Position numbers and translations under genes: made by a program | The notes under the pieces: generated by a model | The model's database searches: none | What the model saw: the letters and a program-made list of their open reading frames with translations, nothing else | What the model was told of the DNA's origin: nothing | Shown here: positions 10,901-20,800 of the stretch, piece by piece | Layout of the letters: every line of letters starts with the position of its first letter | Position numbering within the stretch: the first letter of the stretch is position 1 | DNA from: Chitinophaga pinensis | Lineage (GTDB): Bacteria > Bacteroidota > Bacteroidia > UBA7662 > JAIXUI01 | Length of the DNA: 64,000 nt | Assembly: GCA_943373175.1 (NCBI GenBank) | Contig: CALSBM010000002.1 | Span: 20,260-84,259 of the forward strand | Direction of reading: 5' to 3'

Positions 10901-11797
10901 GATTCTCGTGGGTCAGTTAATAACATCGGTGGACGTGCAGCAATGATCAGAAAAGGCTGGGACACCAATTCTTCCCCTGATTGGGCATTAAGTTCTGCTA
11001 ACGATGTTTCTTCCATTGGAGCATTTAACAATGGATTGAACAAGTTTAATGCAACGTTCGTATGGTCTGTAGGAGGAAATCCGGTTGGTGCTGGAAGTTC
11101 TTTGAATGTTAACCCAACTGTTAACACCACTTACATCGTTAGTGCTAGTAACGGATTCTGTGTGGCTTACGATACAGTTAATGTGAGTATGTCCAGTGTT
11201 CGTAACCTCGAAATGATTGCTTTCAATACACCAACTAACATTCCGATTTTCGGGCCAACCCCCATTTCGGTTAAACTGAGGAACATCGGAAATCAGGCTG
11301 TTTCAGGCTTTGATTTGTTCCTTGTTGAAGGTGGATTGATGATCGCGACCAACAACATCACCAGTAGCATTGCGGTAAATGGCACTTTTGATCACACATT
11401 TTCGACCAATTGGAGTCCGGTGCTTGCAGGCCCTCTTACACTTACAGCTTACCACAACCTCGCCAATGATGTGAATAGAGGTAATGACACCATAACTGCC
11501 ACCTACAATTCTTTTGTAAGCACGGCAGATGTTGTAGCAGACGAGTTTAAATGCTATCCTAACCCTGCTAACGATGAAGTATTTATTGATGCGAAAATCC
11601 AAGGGTCTCACAGGTTGCAGGTAGTTGTTCGCGATCTGGCAGGAAGAACGGTGCTGAACATTCCGGTGGGAATGATAAATAATGGATTAAGCCGTTTCCC
11701 GATTCAAACCAATAGCTTAAACAATGGTCTATACATTTTCGAGATACTCTCAGATGAAGCTTCTGTGATGAAAGCGAAAATTCAGATTTTAAAATGA
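4919..11797 (+). CDS. Giant T9SS type-A cargo protein (~2292 aa), paralog of the upstream gene, with four lamin-tail-like modules, a GEVED domain and three CARDB-like domains
   Basis: The ATG at 4919 gives a signal peptide (MNKIILFTICML...). It shares NPGGINTDSDT with the upstream gene. GEVED-like AWVDWNKDGDLSDPGEE. CTD CYPNPANDEV...NGLYIFEI. Confidence 0.87.
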   Translation: MNKIILFTICMLTMLVSQRSHAQLVVYQVSPQTTTGGNPGGINTDSDTLSRSSGNGFTQVLGPNQIFPIYSAKQAIPFSFRFGGQLVSEFVVSTTGILTFDTSRAGVFSSPVAGAFTSNLIPDKSVAVYWENSPSTGTSTNDVVTRKVYGTAPNRQLWIDWCSMATGNATDAYFSVVMEETTNKIYVVDKRVFTGTNITGTVGVKVSNTNYVEAFGSPNLGFTSGTPLANDNYYYEISQQTYQTVIGQIGTGTTNNAAGGYPSVYGNNFWGAKHQFLIRKSELTAYLNRPLLSELSFYVVTPGQAIAYNNFSISLKNTNADSINTFQTGFQTVYTNSSVAIDTGWNNHLFNNLFQWDTTGNLLVEVCFNNTGFTANNTILQNTLMPFRSTMVLRGDNATNCSGLTPSFSADVNQFLRPNMLLTGIEAFADLLPPRVDSLGQVASLCNPAPKTVTARILDNRGVLNARLIYSLNNGTNWDTVAMTLNAGLYTGSIPAGTAGVTIQYTVTAVDSAGNITVPPPALSYLDGGLTINLGPDQTIPAGASVTLDPQVNKVRGLKITEMVLSRNAIFANQLQPTYPSILAGFTASDELMEVQNVSDQPLNVSGFTMEWITTGGPGGVNTYSAVIPTGTIIPAGGFVFFVSGTVSDANNRIFGMTSPANAYQTANSVGFILRDSVGNIVDVLAMNGFNFPVASGVTASDWLGSIPSSNQRAGVQRINETNNASDWVITTANQIITSLGATNVGMTSDYASYSWTRTSSVGIFSTERSVQVSPTTTTTYFLNAASNNCIVRDTIVVNVIDYCQVSTDSVPVYIQEVLFTGLSNFGFPTTNGYQFFSNISSRVIPGSRNNILSVTPGFVNGTVPVHFKAWVDWNKDGDLSDPGEEILSSGPDTTTVRLNYTVPSNASQGISRLRIGIFTTSGVGPCDTTAFGDFHDYPIEIVPSSVDTNKPVFASLNTITPQCNPTARSIQSVWSDNFTVDSVYLDYSIDNGATSNSVALTYQLANNEWTGILPAGIKGTKVIYSTRAIDHSGNSRSSILKSFIDGEFVVHAGNDTTVPPTSGAFNRIAKISRNGLKISEILVSRASTGAQTIWPAALPQGGNADMVEIANTMAVPADLSGMTLRVHLIFGGGPGGGAQNLNFVFPAGSIVPPGQTAVAIYATGGNNLANRVFYTGNNFNLFNANGQFGVALINVDSTIQDAFLANNIVPTSIMGISASDFVGTMAIGGNIAGVQRNVLTDSNTPSDWVLSNAQPTTTSLLAYNSGVGVRLASYQWKNLGNNTVLSNNDTLTITTPTSTQYEVAFTVDTNCTVKDTFNVTVSTAFLDLAVDSIVLPTSCVLGANEIIRVRVKNVGFSALTMSTSPVTAILDVNGVPTTLTRSTGTLALNDTIWFQFSGIDLTGAQIPVRYQISSLIIVNGDLVSSNNTKGPEVVLSELISVNAGTDQTIGPGVTTTLTASSSFERIVISEVMQSRGNTGTQATFPPAINTGGGIGGPDVFEFTNVGPNPVSLSGLQFQALTAGGGPGPGTAVNYTFPNGVILPPDSIFTVIAGTGTNDTIGRYFFTGGGNNNPINSTAAIGYVLRRGTRIIDAFAVNNFNFPVASGVTADDWSGSINVANLAGAQRTGFDNNTSSNWRADTTNFPSTIGARNAGLIATPGSTHWRVLGNTTSLGTSNTIQVTPSATSNYVYTLTVNNCQFSDTVLVNVSTTFVDLTPDSIRLGNGACDNSTFADVEVRIRNIGLSTLNAAINPITLTATVGGTPTTFLINSGTFAANSITWVTIPSVSLTGLQINTFNAAVGIKLSCAVDILASNDSLNPVRIIKAPMAVRASNDTTVIPGGTVTLSALPTLGSVVISEVYYAANGQGAQAAGSFPTAITTPVGASFIEIANNSTAIMNLSGWVLESVGNSPLAIFTFTLPSSAVLAPGQVLVLSSQTGTADTVNKVYFLNLAANPFAANRAWGLILRQGTTIMDAVAFNTYTFLPTSGVTAFDSRGSVNNIGGRAAMIRKGWDTNSSPDWALSSANDVSSIGAFNNGLNKFNATFVWSVGGNPVGAGSSLNVNPTVNTTYIVSASNGFCVAYDTVNVSMSSVRNLEMIAFNTPTNIPIFGPTPISVKLRNIGNQAVSGFDLFLVEGGLMIATNNITSSIAVNGTFDHTFSTNWSPVLAGPLTLTAYHNLANDVNRGNDTITATYNSFVSTADVVADEFKCYPNPANDEVFIDAKIQGSHRLQVVVRDLAGRTVLNIPVGMINNGLSRFPIQTNSLNNGLYIFEILSDEASVMKAKIQILK

Positions 11798-11807
11798 AAC
11801 TAATCAG

Positions 11808-14800
11808 ATGATAAAAAGGCTTTTTGCCGGAATCGCAGTTATTCTATTTTCTTTTATCGGATTTAAGGCAACCGCTAACCACATGATGGGAGGCGATATG
11901 TACTACTCGTACTTAGGCCTTAAACCCGGAGATCCGACAAGATCCCTTTATCGTCTAACCGCCGTCATTTACAGAAATTGTAATGGCGGCGGTGCGCAAT
12001 TAGAAATTTCATACCCTTTTGGAGTTTATAATGCCCTGAATAACACGCTAATACAGACAGTTGATTTAAATCAGATATCTTTTGTACAATTAGGGCAATA
12101 TGCACCAGGTTGTAGCTATCCTTCTTCGGTTTGTATTCAGGAAGGAATGTATGAGGGAATAATTGAAATACCCAACAACCTCACAGGAAATCCGGGCTTT
12201 CACATTTCTATGTACTCTTGGAGAAGAAACACCAACATAAACAATATATCAACCAATGGAGGTAATCAGTCGGGACCAGATGGAATGATTTGGAATTGTT
12301 ATATTCCTCCTCATTCCTTTACTAATAGCTCACCTCGTTTCCTCGCTAAACCATTGCCGTATATGTGCGTTGGCCGGGAATTCCGATTTAATCACAATGG
12401 TTTCGACCCCGATGGCGATTCACTGGTATTCTCTTTTGCTCATCCCTACGGTTCAATCGGTGTGGGTGCGGGTGCAGGTGGGGCTCCAGCCGGTGTTGTC
12501 GGTGGAGTACCCAATAGCCCTCCCCCTATTGGTTTAGCGAATAATCCAAGACCTCCCAACGCGAACCCCAACACGACCTTCTGGTTTGGAGGTGTTCAGT
12601 ATTTACCCGGATACTCGTTTCCCAATACCCAGATAAATTCCCTGAATGGAATGACCATTAACCCATACACCGGGGAAATCGCGGTTACGCCAACCCAAGC
12701 AGGAAACTTTGTTATAGCAGTAGAAGTAAAAGAATATCGGGTTGATCGCCTTAATGACACTACTATTTATCTTGGATCTATAAGGCGGGATTTGCAATTT
12801 CTAGTAGGTGCAGGGTGTGCGAATAATTTTGCACCTGTTGTCACCAATATCCCCGATAGCTTTGTTGTAGAAGCTGGAACCCCATTAAGCTTCAATTTTC
12901 TTGTTTTTGATGCAGAAGGCGATAGTGTAATCATCGATAAACAGGGGCAAATTTTTGACGCCTCCGGAGGATTTCAACCTCCTTATGCTAACCTTCCAAC
13001 AGCCTCAGGATTGCAAGTAGTTCAAGGAAGTTTCAGTTGGACTCCTTCTTGCTCCTATGCGCGTGTAGCTCCATATTTTTTCTCTATTTTAGTTAGAGAC
13101 AATCAATGTAATGCAACACAAAAAACAGTTTATGTAAAAGTTACTCCTAAAGACATTATAAAACCACCTTCTATTCAATGCATTGATGTTGCTAGTAATA
13201 ACAGTATTAAAATCAATTATTCAAGACCGCCTGGAAGTATTACGGACTTCCAACTATTTCGTGTGCAAAGAAGGGCTTTCGGCAGTAGTACATGGACTCA
13301 AATTGATTCAATAAATAATTGGTCAACTGGCTCATACACCGATAATTCAATTAATAACGCATTAACTCAACGGTATGAGTATCGGATGATCTCTGTAAAT
13401 CAATGTAAAGAAGAAGGGTTGCCATCCAATATTGTAACTTCAATCACCCTCACTGGGAATCGCTACAGTGCTGACCGGATACAATTACGTTGGACTAAAC
13501 CAACTTTTCCTGTTTCATTTATAGCTAAAATCAGAATTCAAAGAAGTGTTAATGGTGGAGTTTTTAATACTATTGACTCTATTCCTTCTACTGATACTGT
13601 CTATAACGATAAATGGTGCACTTCTTCCGTTAGTTATCGCATTTTTTACATAGAAAACACCACCGGTTGCCAAATAGGAACAATAACTCCTAATGGCTAC
13701 TCTCTTTTTGATACTGTTAAACCCAATGCCCCAGGGCTGTTAGTAGCGAATGTATTAGGAAACGGCAGGGTGGAAATTACAGTTTCTAGTTCTGATTCAA
13801 GCGACGTTGCCTCCTATCGACTTTTGCGGTCAATAAACGGAGGGCCATTTGTGTTGATTAATTCTGTACCAAACAACAGAACTTCAACTCATGTAATTCA
13901 AGATTTCGATAGCCCAAATGGAAGAATAAGTACTTGTTATAGGGTATTGGCGACGGATATTTGTGGATTAAACAGCGACACAACCGCTCCTCATTGTATA
14001 TCTCAGTTAAATGCTTCACCAGGACAATTGAGAATAAATTTAAGTTGGACAAATTATAGAGGACGCCCATTCAGTACTTGGAGAATACAAAAACTGCAAA
14101 GCAGCAACTGGGTAACCCTTCCCCATGTCGGAAATGTTCCTGATTCATCTTACATTGATTCCGTTTCCCTGATTTGCAACCAACTTCAAACCTATCGGGT
14201 GAAATTCTTTGCCAACGGAAGTGATACTACTACTTCTCACAGCAGTCAAATTATAATTGCCCCATTTGATACGGTAAGGCCAGAAACTCCGGCTATCTAT
14301 TCTGCCACAGTATGGAATGCAACTCAAAACAGAGTTTCATTTTTTACTGTAGCCGACGCAGATGTGAATCGATACCAGATTTTGGCTTCAGTAAACAATG
14401 GCCCTTATTCTCAGGTTGGTCAAATTCTGAATCCGCAAGCTGGATTACAAACTTTCTCGCACACAGGGATAAATACAGGAGCAAACACTTACTCTTATAG
14501 AATTCAGGCAGTAGATACCTGCAGCCAAAACAGGTCTGATAGTTCCGCAATTCAACGCCCTATACTTTTATCTGGCAATCCTGGAAATTTAAGCGCATTG
14601 CTTTCATGGACTCCATACGTTGGATACACCCTAAAGCGTCAAAGAATTCAGCGATTAATCGGAACTACTTGGACTGACATCGGATTCACTGATTCATTAG
14701 CAACCTCATATCGTGACACAGGCTCTCTGGCCTGTAACCAACCCTATCGCTATCGCTTACTTGCTGAGAAATCAGCAGATACTTTAGGTACATTTTCGAA

Positions 14801-17800
14801 TGAAGTAGTTGTCACTCCATTTGACACCTTGAGGCCGATAACACCGAATGTGTTAATGGCAACGGTTAACAGCACATCCTCTATTACCTACTCGTTCTTA
14901 AAGTCTTCTTCGGGAGATGTAAACCGTTATCAGGTACTCGGCAGTCTTAATAATGGTAGTTGGACTGTTATTTCGACTATAAACCCTCCATTTACAGACA
15001 CCTTATCCTTTACTCAAACAGGGATAAATACGCGCACTAACACTTACCGTTATCGAGTAATTGCCTTAGATAGCTGTGCCAACAATCGTTCTGATTCCAG
15101 TTTAATTCACATCCCGGTGCGATTGTCGGGTTCAGCCGGCCAATTACGAGCAACGCTAACTTGGCCGCTTTATCAAGGTTTCAATATTGATTCTCAAATA
15201 GTTCAAAAACTTTCTGGCACTTCTTGGCTGCCTTTAGCAGTTGTATCAGGAATAGCAACTAATTATGTGGACAGTGTTAATCTTCCTTGTAATGTATCTC
15301 AATCTTATCGAATTGTAAGTGTAAGTAGCAAAGGGTTAGGGAGTCTTTCGAATGAAATTGCCGTTATTCCTTTTGATACCATACCTCCTGATGCTGCTCA
15401 AGTTCTAAATGTATCAGTTCCTTCCAATGGAATTATTCAGGTTGAATGGAAAGCAAGTCCATCAGTAGATGTAAACCGCCACAGGCTTTGGAACAGCGTC
15501 AATGGATCACCAGCAACGAATTCTATTGATACAATAGTAAGAGGTGGAAATCCCGGAATCTTTCTGTCACAGTATAATGCCAACACAACGCTGAACAACT
15601 GTGTTTTTGTTAATGCTGTTGATAGCTGTTCTAACCTCAATTCTCCCAATAGTCCATCGTTCTGTGCCGTAACGTTAACTGGCTCACCAGGAAACCTCAG
15701 AAGCAACCTTAGCTGGACTGCCTTTGTTGGATACAACTTAAGTAGTTATCAAATTGAAAGACAAAATCCGGGAAGTAGTGTTTGGAACAACGTTGCCAGT
15801 GTAAGTGCGACATCCCTTTCCTATACAGATTCTATCAATACTCCTTGCAATAATACTTTTACCTATCGGATTACGGCTCTTGAAAATGGAGGTGCAAGAA
15901 CAAGTTTGTCTAACATTATAAATATTACTCCCTTTGATACAGTTCGGCCTAATGCTCCATCGATAAACCAAATCAGTGTTTACAGTTCAGGAAGTATTAG
16001 GTTAGATTTTAATGCAAGTAATTCAGTAGATGTTGACCGGCATCTTGTTTATCGATCATCAGGGGGAGCATTTCAATTAATTGACACTCTTCGCCAACAA
16101 GGCAATGGTGCTAACGTAATTTGGTATGATAGTACCGCAAGTACCTCATCTCCTATTAGTTATTGTTATTATTTAGTAGCACTTGACAGTTGTCAGAATA
16201 ACGCATCTGCCCCTTCAGATACAGATTGTACTGTTCGACTTACTGCAACCGGAAATAGCTGCACTAAGGTTGTGAACCTCACCTGGACTGGATATCAGGG
16301 TTGGAATTCAGGGATTAGCAGGTACGAAATTTACCGCTCAGATAATAATGGCCCATACATCCTTCAGGCTCAGGTAACTGGAAGTACTACTGCATTTAGT
16401 CAGGCTAGTTTACCTTTGGGAGTATCCTTCTGCTATCAAATTATTGCAGTTCAAACTGGTACAGGAGCAAACTCAGCCTCAAATTTCTTTTGCCTAACAT
16501 TAGGACCTCCTTCACCTCCAGTAATAAGTTCAGCAAGTGTTTCACAAACTGGTTTAAGTAATGGAGAAGTAGTTTTGAATTGGAGAATTCCCTCAGGGCA
16601 GCAAGCGAATTTCCTGACTTTGTATTATGCAAGTGGAAGAAGCGGTCCAATGACTATGCTGCAAACCAATATTCAGCCTACTCAAACTAGCTTCGTTCAT
16701 CAAAACCTGAATACAAAAACTGAAGTTCATCGGTACTACCTCACGCTGACCGACTCGTGCACCAATACTTCAGCACCCTCCGATACAAACAGAACTATCG
16801 ACTTCAGCATTCAGGGCGGCCAGGTGGTGCATAGAATGAACTGGACACCATACCTTGGTTGGCCAGTTCAACGATATCGCATACATCGCTTTGATCCGAG
16901 TGGATTGGTTGTGGTTGACAGCGTTCCCGGGACAGATACCGTTTACAATGCATTCCCTGCACCATGTAATCGCGATGTATCGTATAAAGTTGAAGCTATT
17001 GGACCGTTAGGACAAAGCAGTTTCTCAGATACTGCTCAAACACGCGCAGTGGATATTCTCCCTCCCAATGCTCCAACTTTTCAGAACGCAACAGTACTAA
17101 ACGACAACAGGGTTCAACTCAATTTTATTACTGCTGATTCCTTAGACATCTTTGCCTATTCGGTGCGCAGGTCTGTGAATGGAGGAAATTACAGCCACGT
17201 CAATTTTGTAGCTCATCCCGGACCCGGACAATCATTAACCTATCTGGATACCGTAAACACTCTGAATGACCAGCTTTGTTACGTTGTTGTTACGTTGGAT
17301 AGTTGCCTTAATGCGACTTCCTCAGACACCTTCTGTGTAGTTCAATTAAAAGCTGAGTCACAACAACTTCAAAACCGGATTTCCTGGTCTGCGTTCCGGG
17401 GATATAACATATCCAGTCAAATACTGGAAAGTTGGAATGGCACTAACTGGAGTACTTTAGCTACTCTTCCTAGTGCCGATACTCAGTATTTTCATACCCC
17501 ATTGCCCTGTTCTGTTACCGAGCGTTATCGCATAACACTAAATGAAGCTGGTGGAACCAGAATCACCTTATCGGATACTGCTTGGGCTACTCCATTCGAC
17601 ACCGTGAAGCCGGCTAAACCTGTGATTCTTTGGGCTAGTATCAGAACCAATACCACTGCTTTATTGAAGTGGCAACCTAATACAGAAAGTGACCTTGCCG
17701 GTTACAGGATTTACTACCGCTCTTCTGGAAATCCATGGGCTTTCTTTACTCAAACCGGAAAAATCGACTCTGTTCAAATTAATGGACTAAACACGCTGGA

Positions 17801-20800
17801 TTCTACTTATAGTTTTGCCATTGCAGCCTTTGACACTTGCGGCGGTAACAGGTCTGATACTGCACAATTCCACAGTACAGTTCAACTTCGTGGCACTGCT
17901 GGTAACCTCTCGAACAGCCTGAACTGGACGCCTTATGAAGGATTTTCGGGTGTCAATAAATACTACATTGAAAGATTAACAGGAACAACTTGGACGACCC
18001 TTGATTCAGTTAATGGTCTAACCAACCTCTATATACACGCCAACCTTCCATGCAATCAGCCAGTTATCTATCGAATTAAAACGTTAAGTAATGATGGATT
18101 TATCAGTCTTTCCGACACACTGAGGAGAATCCCATTTGATACGATTCCACCGGTAGCACCGGTAATCCGAAATCTTACCGCTCTCAATAACTCAAGTTTA
18201 GTGGTGAATTGGGATCCGGCAGATTTGCAAGTAGGCACCCATGAGATATTCCTGAAATCAATCAATGGAAGTTGGTCATTAGTTGCAACAGTTGGTAATG
18301 TAGGTACCCATACATTAAGCGGACTCAATACACTCGATTCTTCCTATTGTGTTCGGATTCAGGCACTTGATACATGCGCTTTCAACCGTTCTGCCTTTAG
18401 CCAAGAGCATTGTAGCATGCAATTGAATGGAGTTGCCGGAAACCAAAGCAATACCTTGAACTGGAGCCCATACACAGGATTTCAAAACTGGAAGTATTAC
18501 ATTGAACAGCCCGGAGGTAGTGATTGGAATGTAATTGATTCGGTTGCTTCGGGGATTCAAACATTCACGCACCAGCCCTTGGCTTGTAACGTTACTCAAA
18601 CTTATCGAATAAGGGCAACCAACCTCATTACTGGATTTTCTGCGGTCTCCGATACCTTAATGCGTACCCCCTTCGATACAGTAAAACCTAATCGGGCAGT
18701 ACTGCAATCAGTTTCGGTGACAGGTCCAAATACTATTCAAGTTTCATGGCAAGCAGGCCCCAGCCCTGATGTAAATCGTTATGAAGTTTGGCGTTCAGTT
18801 TCGGGTGGTGCATTCAGCCTGATTACTACTGTAACCAACCAGACTTCCTATACCGATAATGTTCCTTCAGCCACGCAGGGGCAACGTTATCAGTATCAGA
18901 TTATCGCAATTGACTCATGTAATTCTGCTAACCGTTCGGATCCTTCCTTGTCTCACTTAACGATGAACCTTAGCAGCCGAACTGGTGCATGTTCGCCAGC
19001 GGTAATATTGAACTGGACTGCATACCCTTACTTCCCGGGCGGCCTTGCTAACTACCAGGTTCTTCGCTCACAAAACAATGGACCATTCGCTCCTATCGCA
19101 ACCATATCAGCCAACGATACATTCTTCACCGATAATGGCGTAAACGTAACTTCAGCTTATTGTTACCGCATTCAGGCCAACAGCTTAGTTGGAACCCTTA
19201 ATGCCGTTTCTGATAGTACTTGTATTGCGCCGGCTGTGTTTGCTACTACTGCTGCCAAGCCAATGGTCTATTCTTCAGTTATTGCAACCGGAACTACAAC
19301 AGGAACTGCGTATGTTGCATGGACACCCTACAATCCTGTGGTTGATACGCTTGCAAGAGGTTATCGTTTGTATCATAGTACAGTTTCGGTTAACGGCCCT
19401 TGGAACCTGATTGCTACCTTCAATCAGGTTACCCCAACCAGCTTCAACCACACTAATGTTAATACCAGAACCGGACGCAACTTTTACACTGTTCGTGTGA
19501 TAGATTCCTGTGGGTTTGAAGGCGACTCGGCAGCAGCTCATAGTCCAACCTTGTTGCAAGTCAATAATGGAAACCTGCGAACCAACCTGTTCTGGACTCG
19601 TTATGTAGGAAGTACTCCTTCCTCCTTCGCACTTCAAAAGTCGGTAAACGGAGGTCCTTACTTCGTAATTCCTGGCCTATTGCCTACCGATACTTCCTTT
19701 ACGGATACCTTGATTCGTTGCGGACAGACTTACTCTTACCTCATTCAGCAAACCATAACCGATGCATCCGGGGGTACAAATATCAGCTTATCTGACACTG
19801 TTCAAGTAATAGGTCGTGATACCATTGCACCGGATGTACCTGTTCTCTTTGAGGCAAGTGTAACCAGAACAGATGCTGTTCTTGGAGAAATCACACTTCA
19901 ATACTTGGGTTCTTCACAAGACAACCTCAATGGCTTTCGAATCTATCGTTCAGCGAATAACGGACCGTTCAGTTTCACCTTTGTGGCCAATACAGGAACG
20001 GGACCGTTCTCTTACACAGATCAAAATTTAAATACCAGCGACAACACCTATCGTTACTTTGTCACCTCTACCGATAGCTGTAGTAACGAATCCGATTCTT
20101 CAGAAATACACGTTTCAACCAACCTGACGGTAGTTGCCGTAAACGGTGCTAACGCACTAAGCTGGACACCTTATGCAGGTTTCCAAACACTGGAGTATAA
20201 GATTGAACGTAAAACTGCTGGGACCGCATGGGCGAGTCTCGGAAACTTCCCATCTACACAAATCACTTATGACGACTCCCTAGTCCTTTGTGATACCGTT
20301 TATTATTATCGAGTTACTGCTCTTAACATTACCCCAGTAGTTCCACCAACCCAGGCATTTGCTTACTCCGATACTGCATCGGCCAAAGCGTTCGAAAGTA
20401 TCCCTCCGTTAGCACCTGCAATACATCAAGCTACTGTTGAACAGACCTCAACCACCCGCGGTGCTGTACGGGTCAACTGGTTGCCTTCCGTTTCCCGCGA
20501 TGCAATGAGGTACATTGTTTCTCGCAGTACAAGTGGGGGGACATTCATCCAAGTCGCTGACCTTGGTTTAGTTACTACTTGGTTAGATACAGTACTTAAT
20601 ACCGTTCAGGAAACCTATACTTATAGAATTGAGGTCATAGATTCTTGCTTCAACCGCAGTGTTTCCCCAAGTGTAGATCATACTACTATAGTCCTAAATA
20701 CTGCCCCAAGCAATGAATCCGCCATATTGAACTGGACTCCTTACGCAGGTTGGACCGTTAATGAGTATGAAATCTGGAGAGATAATGTGAAGGTTGGAAG

